44,073 nt of DNA from the NCBI GenBank assembly GCA_045661365.1, contig JAZRFL010000028.1, positions 1 through 44,073 of the forward strand, written 5' to 3'. The stretch comes from Acutalibacteraceae bacterium (GTDB taxonomy: Bacteria > Bacillota > Clostridia > Oscillospirales > Acutalibacteraceae). Below the pieces are notes generated by a model, which was not told where the DNA came from, ran no database searches, and worked only from the letters and a program-made list of their open reading frames with translations. How positions within the stretch are numbered: the first letter of the stretch is position 1; each line of letters starts with the position of its first letter. Positions 16,242-26,319 of this stretch are shown piece by piece. A program made the position numbers and the translations under genes.

Positions 16242-19202
16242 ATGAAATTCATGAAACGCAGTTTGGCAATGCTGCTCATGCTGGTCCTGGTAGTGACCGT
16301 GTTTGGCAGTAGCTATATGGCTGCGATAGCAACCGAAACGAGTACTGACGTTACGGTAGAGGACGAGGGCCTGCTGAACAAAACAGGTGGTTCTGCCAAA
16401 TATAAGTACTCAGATTATGAGCGGGATCACAGAGGGGTGGCGTACGCTACCGCTGCCGATGAATTTACCATCGCCGCAAATACATATGAACAAGAAAGTG
16501 CCAAGGGGGTAACCGACGGTACTGCCTACGAGCTGGAAGATGCTGAAACCTTCGCGGCTTTGGGCGGTATTACCAACGCTACCGTGGTGACCGGTGAAGA
16601 TGCCGAACTTTCTTGGAAAATCAACGTACCCACCGAAGGCCTGTATGCCATTAACGTATTGTATTACACCGTTAAGCATAAGGACTCCGATGCGGAACGT
16701 GCCTTTTTGATCGACGGCAAAACTCCTTTTACCGAAGCAGGTGCTTTGGTATTTCCCCGTACTTGGAAGGATGCCGGTGATTTTGAAAAGGACATTCACA
16801 ACAACGACATTCGTCCCCAAGCACAAGAAGTAATCGGTTGGTACGACATTGACTGTCGCGATGCCAGCGGTAACTACGGTAAATGCTTGTATTTCTATTT
16901 TACCGCCGGTGAACACACCGTTACCTTGGTTTCGGAACGCGAAGTGATCGCTGTTAACCGTCTGACCTTCTATGCACCCGAACAAGCCATTTCTTACAAA
17001 GATTATATTGCTCAAAACGAAGCTGCTTTGGGTGGTGCTTCTGCTGCGTATCCCGCAGGGGATTCTTTTACTGTGCAAGCAGAAAAACCCTACCAAAAAT
17101 CTTCTACTACCTTATACGCGGAATCGGATCGCTCCAATCCCGCTACTTATCCTTCTTCTCCGGACGAAATTCGCTTAAACAAAATCGACGGCAGTAAGTT
17201 CACCACACCTTACCAATGGATGACTTGGGAAGTCAGCGTGAAAAAGGCCGGGTTATATCGAATTGCCACCCGTTTCCAACAAACTGCCAAAGACGGTTCG
17301 TTCAGTAACCGCACCGTCTATATCAACGGCGAAATTCCTTTTAAAGAAGCCGAAAACATTCGTTTTAATTACGACAGCGACTGGCAAGTGGAATGCTTGA
17401 CCAACGCCAACACCGGCGAAGCGCTGTATTTCTACTTAGATGCAGGTAAAAACTACATCACCATGGAAGTTACCTTGGGTGAGTTCGGTGGTATTTTGGA
17501 CCGTGTCGATACCTTGGTTTACGATTTGAACCAATGCTACCGTGAGATCTTGATGATCACCGGCTCCAGCCCCGACGCCTACCGTGACTACAACTTCCCT
17601 TCTTTGATTCCCGACACTTTGGACAAATTGGAAGAATGCTCGGTAGAGATCAAACGCATTATTTCCGATATCGAGGGCTTGGTGGAAGATGCCGGTTCTT
17701 ATACCAGTAGCTTTAAAACCCTGGTGCAAGATATTGACACCATGACCGACGACCCCAACATCATTGCCAAACGGTTGGAAAACTTTAAATCCAACATGGG
17801 TACCATTTCTACTTGGTTGTTGAACGCAACTGCTCAACCGGTCAGCTTAGACTGGATCATGGTTGCTTCTCGTGACGGTGTGGAATTGCCCGAAGCCGAC
17901 CGTGGCTTCTTTGAAGAACTGTGGCATCAATTCCTGCTGTTCCTTGCTTCCTTCTATATGGATTATGACGAAGTAGGCTTGCGCGAAGACTTTTCTAAGA
18001 GCGAACAAGAAGAAATCACCGTTTGGGTTACCACCAGCTTGGACCAATCCCAAATTATTCGTACCTTGATCGACAACAATCGACAGAACCTAAAATCAAA
18101 GGTCAACCTACAGCTGGTATCGGCGGCCACGGTGCTGCCCTCTATTGCGGCGGGCACAGGGCCTGACGTGGTATTGGGCGTAGCCGCGACCGACCCCATG
18201 AACTATGCTATTCGTGGTGCTGTGGTCGACATGTCTCAGTTCGACGGCTTTGAAGAAGTGCTGGCTCGATACGAGAACGAACAGATCACCCGTCCTTACC
18301 AATATAAAGGCAAGACCTACGGTCTCCCCGAAACCTTCTCATTCCCCATGCTGTTCTATCGCGAAGACATTTTGAACGAGCTGGAAATGGAAATTCCCGA
18401 CACTTGGGAAGAAGTATACGACTGCATTGTAAAACTTAACATGAACTCCATGCAGTTCGGTATCCCCTCTGCTATGACCACCTACGGTACCTTGCTTTAT
18501 CAAAACGGTGGCAGCTTCTATAATGAATTGGGTAACGGCGAAGCAGTTTCGGCTTTGACCCCCGAAAGCGGTGCTGTTAAGATCTTCCGTGAATGGACCG
18601 AATTCTTTACCGCATACAACTGCCTTGTAACCTATGACTTTGCCAACCGTTTCCGTACCGGTGAAACTCCCATTGGTATTGCTGAATACACTCAATACAA
18701 CCAATTGAGCGTATTTGCTCCCGAAATTAAGGGTCTGTGGGGCTTTACCAAGGTACCCGGTCTGGACAAAGACAAAGACGGTAAACCCGAAACCCAATTG
18801 ACCTTGGCATCCGGTACCGCTTCGGTTATTTTGGCTTCCTCCAAGCATCCCGAACTGGCTTGGGACTTCTTGAATTGGTGGACCAGTACCGATATCCAGG
18901 TAGCATATGGCCGTGAAATTGAAAGTATTTTGGGTACGGCTTCTCGTTACAACACCGCCAACAAAGAAGCGGCGGGACAATTGCCCTGGAGTACCAAAGA
19001 CTTTAACGAGATTTCGGCCGCTTGGGACGAAGCAATGGCTCTGCCTGAGTACCCCGGCAGTTACATCCTTGGTCGTTACATCAACTTCGCTTTCTTGGAA
19101 TGTGTTAACAACGAAGGGGATCCCGGTGAAGAACTTCTCGACTATGTAAAAATGATCGACGAAGAGCTGAAGAGAAAACAAGCTGAATTTGCCGGAAAAT
19201 AA
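16242..19202 (+). CDS. Giant (about 986 aa) extracellular solute-binding protein: signal/anchor, two CBM-like modules, helical linker, family-1 SBP domain
   Basis: I used the start at MKFMKRSLAMLLMLVLVV (16242). The ORF-track start at 16077 only adds non-protein-like sequence inside the leader. The duplicated modules contain PTEGLYAINVLYY..FLIDGKTPF and KKAGLYRIATRFQ..VYINGEIPF. The C-terminal roughly 400 aa is SBP-like (YGLPETFSFPMLFYRED). Confidence 0.8.
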   Translation: MKFMKRSLAMLLMLVLVVTVFGSSYMAAIATETSTDVTVEDEGLLNKTGGSAKYKYSDYERDHRGVAYATAADEFTIAANTYEQESAKGVTDGTAYELEDAETFAALGGITNATVVTGEDAELSWKINVPTEGLYAINVLYYTVKHKDSDAERAFLIDGKTPFTEAGALVFPRTWKDAGDFEKDIHNNDIRPQAQEVIGWYDIDCRDASGNYGKCLYFYFTAGEHTVTLVSEREVIAVNRLTFYAPEQAISYKDYIAQNEAALGGASAAYPAGDSFTVQAEKPYQKSSTTLYAESDRSNPATYPSSPDEIRLNKIDGSKFTTPYQWMTWEVSVKKAGLYRIATRFQQTAKDGSFSNRTVYINGEIPFKEAENIRFNYDSDWQVECLTNANTGEALYFYLDAGKNYITMEVTLGEFGGILDRVDTLVYDLNQCYREILMITGSSPDAYRDYNFPSLIPDTLDKLEECSVEIKRIISDIEGLVEDAGSYTSSFKTLVQDIDTMTDDPNIIAKRLENFKSNMGTISTWLLNATAQPVSLDWIMVASRDGVELPEADRGFFEELWHQFLLFLASFYMDYDEVGLREDFSKSEQEEITVWVTTSLDQSQIIRTLIDNNRQNLKSKVNLQLVSAATVLPSIAAGTGPDVVLGVAATDPMNYAIRGAVVDMSQFDGFEEVLARYENEQITRPYQYKGKTYGLPETFSFPMLFYREDILNELEMEIPDTWEEVYDCIVKLNMNSMQFGIPSAMTTYGTLLYQNGGSFYNELGNGEAVSALTPESGAVKIFREWTEFFTAYNCLVTYDFANRFRTGETPIGIAEYTQYNQLSVFAPEIKGLWGFTKVPGLDKDKDGKPETQLTLASGTASVILASSKHPELAWDFLNWWTSTDIQVAYGREIESILGTASRYNTANKEAAGQLPWSTKDFNEISAAWDEAMALPEYPGSYILGRYINFAFLECVNNEGDPGEELLDYVKMIDEELKRKQAEFAGK

Positions 19203-19238
19203 TCAACGCCATTTGTGATATGAATTGAGGGAAAAATT

Positions 19239-20183
19239 ATGAAGCTGTTCAAACGCAATCGTGACGATGAACCGCGTCGCAAACTGACCCGCAAAGAGGT
19301 CGCTACCCGTATTTGGAACGATCGGGTAGGGTATATGATGGTCTTGCCCTTCTTTGCTTTGTTCGTTTGCTTTACGGTAATTCCGGTTGTTATTTCCATA
19401 TACTATAGTTTTACTGACTTTAACATGATCCAAGACCCCAACTTTGTGGGTGTGGAAAACTATACTCGCTTGTTCCTGCGAGATGATATTTTCTTGACTG
19501 CTGTACGTAACACCGTTATTTTGGCAGGTGTTACCGGTCCTGTGGGTTACCTTATGTGCTTCTTCTTTGCATGGGCACTGAACGAATTCACCCCCAAGGT
19601 ACGTGCGGTTTTGACCTTGATGTTCTACGCACCCTCTATTTCGGGTAACGCGTACTTGATCTTTACCCTGTTGTTCTCGGGTGACAGCTACGGCTTTATC
19701 AACGCTTGGTTGATCAAGTTGGGGGCGATCAACTCACCGATTCTGTGGTTCCAAGATGCCAACTACATGATGCCGTTGGTTATCGTTGTATTGCTTTGGA
19801 CCAGTTTGGGTACTTCGTTCCTTAACTTTATAGCAGGTTTCCAAGGGGTTGACCGTTCTTACTACGAAGCGGCGGCGGTTGACGGCGTTCGCAACCGTTG
19901 GCAAGAACTGTGGTTTGTAACCCTGCCTTTGATGAAAGAGTCCCTTATGTTCTCGGCGGTTATGAGTATTACCGGCGCCTTCAGCATTGGACCTACCATC
20001 GACGGTTTGGTTGGCTTCCCCAGTACCGGTTACGCTGTACACACCATTATGCACCACTTGAACGACTACGGTGGACAACGGTTTGAAATGGGTTATGCCT
20101 CTGCCATTGCTACCTTGCTGTTCCTCTTGATGGTTGTTTGTAACAAGGTAATTCAAAAAATGATCAGAAAGGTAGGTAACTAA
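19239..20183 (+). CDS. Sugar ABC transporter permease (CUT1, MalF-like)
   Basis: 6-TM profile with the EAA loop YEAAAVDGVRNRWQELWFVTLPLM. Confidence 0.9.
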   Translation: MKLFKRNRDDEPRRKLTRKEVATRIWNDRVGYMMVLPFFALFVCFTVIPVVISIYYSFTDFNMIQDPNFVGVENYTRLFLRDDIFLTAVRNTVILAGVTGPVGYLMCFFFAWALNEFTPKVRAVLTLMFYAPSISGNAYLIFTLLFSGDSYGFINAWLIKLGAINSPILWFQDANYMMPLVIVVLLWTSLGTSFLNFIAGFQGVDRSYYEAAAVDGVRNRWQELWFVTLPLMKESLMFSAVMSITGAFSIGPTIDGLVGFPSTGYAVHTIMHHLNDYGGQRFEMGYASAIATLLFLLMVVCNKVIQKMIRKVGN

Positions 20184-20185
20184 GC

Positions 20186-21046
20186 ATGGCAAGAGTGAAA
20201 CAATCCCGTGTTAACCGTTCTGCCGGCGGCGATATCTCCCTGTTGGTCATCGTTCTGTTGTTTGCCTTCCTCATGGTAATCCCCATGTACTACGCAATCA
20301 TTCAGTCTTTGAAACCGCTTGACGAATTGTGGATATTCCCTCCTCGTTTTTGGGTTAGCAATCCTACCTTTAAGAACTTCCAAGACTTGTTCCAAAACTT
20401 AAACGATTCTTGGGTTCCTTTTTCCCGTTACATTTTCAATACCCTGTTTGTATCAATCGTCGGTACTGCCGGCCACGTTATTATCGCTTCTATGGCTGCT
20501 TACGCTTTGTCCAAAAAGCGGTTTTACGGCTCCGGATTTGTATTCCGAATCATTGTATTGTCCTTGATGTTTACCACCGCTGTAACCGGTATCCCCACCT
20601 TTATGGTTATGAAAAACCTGGGGTTGATCGATACATACTGGTCCATTATTTTGCCTGCTTTCTCCGGTTCGTTGGGTCTGTACTTGATGAAACAACACAT
20701 GGAAGCCATGGTAAAGGACGCCATCATCGAAGCCGCCAAGATCGACGGTGCCGGCGAAATGCGTATTTTCTGGACCATTGTTATGCCCATGGTAAAACCC
20801 GCTTGGCTGACCTTGATCGTGTTCTGTTTCCAAGGTTTGTGGAACGCCACCGGTGCTACCTACATTTATAGTGAGGAACTCAAGAGTTTGAACTATGCTG
20901 TTTCCCAGATCGTTTCGGCCGGTATTGCCCGTGCCGGTACTGCGGCGGCGTCCATCGTGTTTATGATGATCTTGCCTATCGCGGTATTCGTATTCTCCCA
21001 AAGCAGCATCGTAGAAACCATGTCGTCTGCCGGTATTAAGGAATAG
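20186..21046 (+). CDS. Sugar ABC transporter permease (CUT1, MalG-like)
   Basis: EAA loop IEAAKIDGAGEMRIFWTIVMPMVKP. The start is 2 nt after the upstream stop. Confidence 0.9.
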   Translation: MARVKQSRVNRSAGGDISLLVIVLLFAFLMVIPMYYAIIQSLKPLDELWIFPPRFWVSNPTFKNFQDLFQNLNDSWVPFSRYIFNTLFVSIVGTAGHVIIASMAAYALSKKRFYGSGFVFRIIVLSLMFTTAVTGIPTFMVMKNLGLIDTYWSIILPAFSGSLGLYLMKQHMEAMVKDAIIEAAKIDGAGEMRIFWTIVMPMVKPAWLTLIVFCFQGLWNATGATYIYSEELKSLNYAVSQIVSAGIARAGTAAASIVFMMILPIAVFVFSQSSIVETMSSAGIKE

Positions 21047-21080
21047 TACGACAGAAAATCTGATAAAGGGAGAAAAGTTT

Positions 21081-23531
21081 ATGCGAAGAATAAAACGTCA
21101 TATCAACATTTTAGTGATAGCCGCACTTTTGCTGACTGTTACGCTAATGCCCGCCTCCGCTGCCGGTGTTAGTAAAAATATTTCTTCGTCGGTACCGTAC
21201 GATACTTATATCTACGACTATGCCGGCAACCCGGTTATTACCCCGCACGCCTATATTCCCGACAGTGTTATTGACTTGGGTGAAATGGGCTTGGGCGGTA
21301 TGACCAGTCCCTCTGACTTGGAAGTGGACAAAAATGACAATCTTTACTTGGTCGACACCGGTTACGGTGTCAGCCAAGACGATTTGTCCGAGTATCTTGC
21401 CTCTCTGCCGGGCGCTCCCGAAGAGATCCCCGGTGAAGAAGACGAGATGGTGGATGAAGAGCTCGACGTAGAAACCGATGCAGAAATTGACGCCGAGACC
21501 GAGGAAGAAACCGAACCGGTGGTGGAAGAAGTTCCCGATTCCACTCCCCAAGAGGATATTCCCGCTGAACCCAAAGAACCCGCCACCCCCGAACAAATCG
21601 AGTATTACAACAAACTGAGCGAATTAGCCTTGGAAGCCGACGTTGCCTTTACCGGTCGTGTGATCGTGCTTAACCCCGACAAGACCGAAAAGTTCCATGT
21701 TTCTGTGTTCTACAACACCGAAACCAAGAGTTTTGACGGGTTTGACAATCCGCAAGGTATTACCGTAACCTCCAAGTACATTTACGTTGCCGATACCGGC
21801 CACCAACGAATCGTTCGCTTTAACTTAGACGGTAGCTTCTCTCGTGCATTTGGTGACCCCAACATTGCTTATTCCGACGAAGCAACTCCTTATACCCCCA
21901 CCAAGGTGGCAGTTGACCGCAACGAAAATATGTATGTTATCTCCCAAGGTGAGATCATGGGTATTATCTTGCTGGACAAAGAAGGGGAGTTTGCCGGTTA
22001 CGTTGGTGCTCAACAAGTTAGCTACAGTGTCGTGGACTATATTTGGAAAAACATTTTGTCCCAAGAAGCCCAAGACCGTATGGAAGCTTTCGTACCTACC
22101 GAATACAACAACGTAAAGATCGACGAACAAGACTTCTTGTACGCCACCACCGAAATTGAAGGGGAAGACATTGACGGCGCGGTTATGTCCAAGACTGCCG
22201 ACACCAAATCTTCACCCATCAAACGGTTGAACCCCACCGGTAATGACGTTTTGGTCCGTAAGGGTTACTTCTCTACCGTGGGCGACGTTTCTTACAAGAC
22301 CGACCCGGTTCGCGGTCCTGACATCTCGATCATTGTCGACGTTGCCTTGGGACCCAACGGTCGTTACACCTTGTTGGATGAAAACTACAACCGTATGTTT
22401 ACCTACTCTGCCGACGGTGAATTGATCTATGCCTTTAGCGGTGAAGGGTACCAAGTGGGTAACTCCCGTACCCCTGTGGCTATTGCATATGACAGCAACT
22501 ACGATTTGTATTTGCTGGACTATGACACCGGTTACATTACGGTGTTTAGCCGTACCAAATACGGTAAGCTGATCGACGAAGCTTACAGTTATTACAGAGA
22601 CTACGACTTTGAAAACAGCGTAAAGAAATGGGACGAAGTTCTCAACGAAAATGCCAACTTCGACATTGCATATGACGGTAAAGGTAACGCCTATATGCAA
22701 GACGAAAACTACGATGAGGCTATGAAGATGTTCCGTTACTCCAACAACAAGCAACGGTACTCCGACGCCTTGGCACAAAGCCGTGCCACTTCGATCGAAG
22801 ATCATTTGATAGTTATCGTTTTGGTTGTAGTTGTGATCTTGTACCTGTTGGTCAAGCTGTTTGGCTGGATCGGCAAGCGGAACAAATCTCCCAAATATGC
22901 CGACAAGCACGGTACTTACCTCAACCAAGTGCTGTATGCGTTTTACATTATGCTCCATCCCTTCGACGGTTTCTGGGATGTGAAACATGAAAAACGCGGT
23001 AGCGTAAAAGCGGCAACCACCATTGCCTTGTTCTTGATTTTTGCCAATTTGGTTTCTGCTTTCTTTACCAACTACCTGTTTAACGATGCCTACGGTACCG
23101 AGATTTCGATCATGAGTGAATTTTTGATCGTTCTTATGCCTTTGGGACTGTGGACCTTGTGCAACTGGTGTGTTACCACCCTGGCAGACGGTGAAGGCAG
23201 CATTAAAGACGTTTATGTCTTTACCTGCTACGCTCTGCTTCCCATGGCCATGTTTACCATTGTAAACACTGTGCTTTCTCATTTCATTGTGTTAGACGAA
23301 GGTATGTATATCACCTTCTTTAGTTCCTTGGGTGTTATTTGGAGTGGCTTCCTGCTGTTCTCCGGTAACACACAAACCCATCGATATACTGTGTCAAAGA
23401 GTGTACTTTCTATTTTGATGGCCGCCATCGGTATGTGTATTGTGGTATTTATTGCATTGGTTATCTTTACCACCTACCAACAAATTTACGGCTTTATCGA
23501 TAACATTGTAAAAGAATTGACTTATCGATGA
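21081..23531 (+). CDS. Fusion membrane protein: signal peptide, NHL-type beta-propeller, acidic linker, TPR-like segment, C-terminal 5-TM Yip1-like domain
   Basis: NHL-like blades: LYLVDTGY, IYVADTGHQRIVRFNLDGSF, MYVISQGEIMGIILLDKEGEF and LYLLDYDTGYITVF. The D/E-rich linker spans about 21420-21560. The TPR-like segment is NAYMQDENYDEAMKMFRYS. Five hydrophobic helices follow HPFDGFWDVKHEKRGS. Confidence 0.7.
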   Translation: MRRIKRHINILVIAALLLTVTLMPASAAGVSKNISSSVPYDTYIYDYAGNPVITPHAYIPDSVIDLGEMGLGGMTSPSDLEVDKNDNLYLVDTGYGVSQDDLSEYLASLPGAPEEIPGEEDEMVDEELDVETDAEIDAETEEETEPVVEEVPDSTPQEDIPAEPKEPATPEQIEYYNKLSELALEADVAFTGRVIVLNPDKTEKFHVSVFYNTETKSFDGFDNPQGITVTSKYIYVADTGHQRIVRFNLDGSFSRAFGDPNIAYSDEATPYTPTKVAVDRNENMYVISQGEIMGIILLDKEGEFAGYVGAQQVSYSVVDYIWKNILSQEAQDRMEAFVPTEYNNVKIDEQDFLYATTEIEGEDIDGAVMSKTADTKSSPIKRLNPTGNDVLVRKGYFSTVGDVSYKTDPVRGPDISIIVDVALGPNGRYTLLDENYNRMFTYSADGELIYAFSGEGYQVGNSRTPVAIAYDSNYDLYLLDYDTGYITVFSRTKYGKLIDEAYSYYRDYDFENSVKKWDEVLNENANFDIAYDGKGNAYMQDENYDEAMKMFRYSNNKQRYSDALAQSRATSIEDHLIVIVLVVVVILYLLVKLFGWIGKRNKSPKYADKHGTYLNQVLYAFYIMLHPFDGFWDVKHEKRGSVKAATTIALFLIFANLVSAFFTNYLFNDAYGTEISIMSEFLIVLMPLGLWTLCNWCVTTLADGEGSIKDVYVFTCYALLPMAMFTIVNTVLSHFIVLDEGMYITFFSSLGVIWSGFLLFSGNTQTHRYTVSKSVLSILMAAIGMCIVVFIALVIFTTYQQIYGFIDNIVKELTYR

Positions 23532-23631
23532 TCATCGGTCGGGACGGCAGGTAGCCGCCTGCCACCCGCCTACTCGAAATTGAAAACACGCACAATCTTA
23601 GCCGTAAATACGGCGGAACGGATGGGAGTTT

Positions 23632-26316
23632 ATGAAGATATTATATAAATCAATACTCGTTCTTCTTTGTGTCGGCTTACTGATGTCGATCATCGGTTGC
23701 AGTGAAAACGAAGACGGAACGGTAGACGGCGTCAAACAATGGACGCTGGCAGAATTAAACACCGGCATTCAATATAAAGCGTTGAGTGTCGATGCCGAAA
23801 CCGGTATGGACGTGGTTGCTTCCAACGATGCTTATGATATGTTGTTTGATCAAGTCAATGCAACCATTGGCATTCGTGACAAATCTACCGGCTACGTGTG
23901 GAAAACCAATTCCACCCCCGATGACTTTACCGGCAATATGTACAGCTTGAGTGAACAAGAACGTGAATATTGCTCGCAATTACAATTGACCTACTATGAC
24001 CACCGTCATCAACCGGTTAACTACAACAGCTTTGAGCATGCGGTTATGCAAAACCGTGACGACGACAAGCGGATGTATTTTTACGGCTTGAACAACGGTA
24101 TGCGTATCGTTTACGTCATTGGTCAAAGTGAAGAAGCATTCTACGTACCCACCTATATTTTCAAAGAAGATTTCGACGCTTTGGTAAATGCTATTCCCCA
24201 AGAAGCAATTGACAAGTTTATCGAAGAAGGTTCCGACTACGGTGCCAGCACCTTGGACGTTTACTATGATGAATTTGACTATGACTTTGAAATTCAAAAT
24301 ACCGACCAAGCGATCATCAATTCTTTGACCAATTCTTGCGAAAACTTTGGTCCCGGCAAGATCTTGTACAAATTCAGTGCCGCTTCTAACTTTGTTACCA
24401 GCGAAATTTATCGCAAACTGTTGCGTGATTTGAAAGATGAAAAGGGCAACCCCATGATCACCAACGAGTATATCCAAAAGATCTACGAAAACGTTGGCTA
24501 TGAATACGAGGAACCCGATCATCCCAAATTCACCGTTGCTATGGACTTTGTACTGACTGCTGACGGTTTGAAGGTTGACGTAGATACCGAAAAAGTAATT
24601 TACGAAGATTCCTTTAAACTCAACAATCTGCAAATTTTGCCCTGCTTTGGTACGGTGCTTGACAACAAAGAATCCAAAATTCTGTTGCCCGACGGTAGCG
24701 GTACCTTGGTAGACGTGCTGAATCCCTCTTCTGACAAAGCTTTGTCCTTGCCCTTCTACGGCAACGATTACAGCTATGAAGTTACCGACTACGCCTTGGG
24801 TATGCAACAAGCCAGTCTGCCGGTATACGGCTTGACCAGAGGGGACAACGCTTTTGTTGCTTACGTTTCTGACGGGGAAGCGATCGGCTCGGTCAAATGC
24901 CAACCCGTTACCGAGACCTATGCTCACTCATTTGTAGGTTGCTACTTTACTGTGCAACCCTTTGAAGAACGCCGCTCTAACGGTGCTTCGGCTCAAACCA
25001 CCATGAAAATGTTTGCCTCCGATCCTTATCGCGGCAAGATCACGCTGGAATATATGTTCCTGGGCGATCAAAACGGCGGCATTGATTACGTGGAAATGGC
25101 ACAAGCAGTTCGCAACAAATTGTTTAAGAGCAAAGCCAAGGTTGCCGACGACACCACTCGGTTCTATATGGAAACCTACGGTGCTGTTTTGCGTAAAGAA
25201 AACTTCTTAGGCTATGCTTATAACGACACCACTGCATTGACCACCTTTGATCAAGCGAAATCCATGTATACCACGTTGAACGAAAACGGCATTACTAACA
25301 TTGCCGTGCGTTACAACAACTGGTACGGTGACGCCTTTGTTAACCAAATTTCCGATATTGGTAAGGTGGAAAGTGAAGTAGGCGGTAGCGACGGCATGAA
25401 AGAGTTCATGAGTTTTGTTGCCGGCAAAAAAGGCCTTGTTTACCCCAACATTGAACTGATTATGGAAGAATATTCCAACAGTTTGATCGACGCTACTTGG
25501 CACTCCAAATACATGGGCGGTACCATGGTTGCTTACTCTGACATGAACCTCTATGCCGAAGGCGTAACCTCTGATTTCGAACGTTTGGTGGTTAAGAGTG
25601 ACGTTATGTTAGAAGACCTGCCCGACATTATGGAGCGCGTGGGTAAATTGCAAACCACCGGTCTTTCGGTTTCAACCTTGGGCGATCAATTGTTCTCTGA
25701 CTATACCAGCGACGAAGTACGTTACCGCGATACGGTCAAAGACGATTATGTGACCGCTATTAAGCAACTGAAAGAAACCAACAAACAAAAATTGCTGTTT
25801 GACGGCGGTAATGCTTATGTGTTGCCTTATGCCGATGATTTGATGAATGTGGCGATCAGCAGCAGCAACCACTATTTGTCGGAAACAGACGTTCCTTTCA
25901 TGCAAATTGTGTTGCACGGGTACATTCCCTATACCGCATCTTCCATGAACCTGTCCGACAACTATGATGTGCAATTGCTCAAGAGTGTAGAATACGGTGC
26001 TAACCTTGCCTACACCTTGAATTACGCAAATGCCGAAATGGTGAAAAACACCAACTATTCCGAATTGTACTCTACCAACTTCGATCACTGGAAATCCCAG
26101 GCGGTTGCAGACTACAAAAAGGTAGCGGCCGTGCTTGACGGTTGTCAATCGGCCACCATTCAAGATCATACCCAATTAGCAGACGGTGTGTACCAAACCA
26201 CCTATGACAATGGTGTTGCGGTCTTGGTCAACTATAACAACCAAGCCTATACCGATGCCGCCACCGGTACTACGGTAGAAGCTATGAACTTTGCACGTGT
26301 GGGAAAGGAGGGCTAA
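23632..26316 (+). CDS. 894-aa lipoprotein of unknown function (possibly DUF5696-like, possible glycan-active fold)
   Basis: Lipobox MSIIG-C. I recognised no catalytic signature. The DUF5696 guess rests only on my recollection that Yip1 and DUF5696 genes neighbour ABC genes in other Firmicutes. Confidence 0.6.
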   Translation: MKILYKSILVLLCVGLLMSIIGCSENEDGTVDGVKQWTLAELNTGIQYKALSVDAETGMDVVASNDAYDMLFDQVNATIGIRDKSTGYVWKTNSTPDDFTGNMYSLSEQEREYCSQLQLTYYDHRHQPVNYNSFEHAVMQNRDDDKRMYFYGLNNGMRIVYVIGQSEEAFYVPTYIFKEDFDALVNAIPQEAIDKFIEEGSDYGASTLDVYYDEFDYDFEIQNTDQAIINSLTNSCENFGPGKILYKFSAASNFVTSEIYRKLLRDLKDEKGNPMITNEYIQKIYENVGYEYEEPDHPKFTVAMDFVLTADGLKVDVDTEKVIYEDSFKLNNLQILPCFGTVLDNKESKILLPDGSGTLVDVLNPSSDKALSLPFYGNDYSYEVTDYALGMQQASLPVYGLTRGDNAFVAYVSDGEAIGSVKCQPVTETYAHSFVGCYFTVQPFEERRSNGASAQTTMKMFASDPYRGKITLEYMFLGDQNGGIDYVEMAQAVRNKLFKSKAKVADDTTRFYMETYGAVLRKENFLGYAYNDTTALTTFDQAKSMYTTLNENGITNIAVRYNNWYGDAFVNQISDIGKVESEVGGSDGMKEFMSFVAGKKGLVYPNIELIMEEYSNSLIDATWHSKYMGGTMVAYSDMNLYAEGVTSDFERLVVKSDVMLEDLPDIMERVGKLQTTGLSVSTLGDQLFSDYTSDEVRYRDTVKDDYVTAIKQLKETNKQKLLFDGGNAYVLPYADDLMNVAISSSNHYLSETDVPFMQIVLHGYIPYTASSMNLSDNYDVQLLKSVEYGANLAYTLNYANAEMVKNTNYSELYSTNFDHWKSQAVADYKKVAAVLDGCQSATIQDHTQLADGVYQTTYDNGVAVLVNYNNQAYTDAATGTTVEAMNFARVGKEG

Positions 26317-26319
26317 TCC

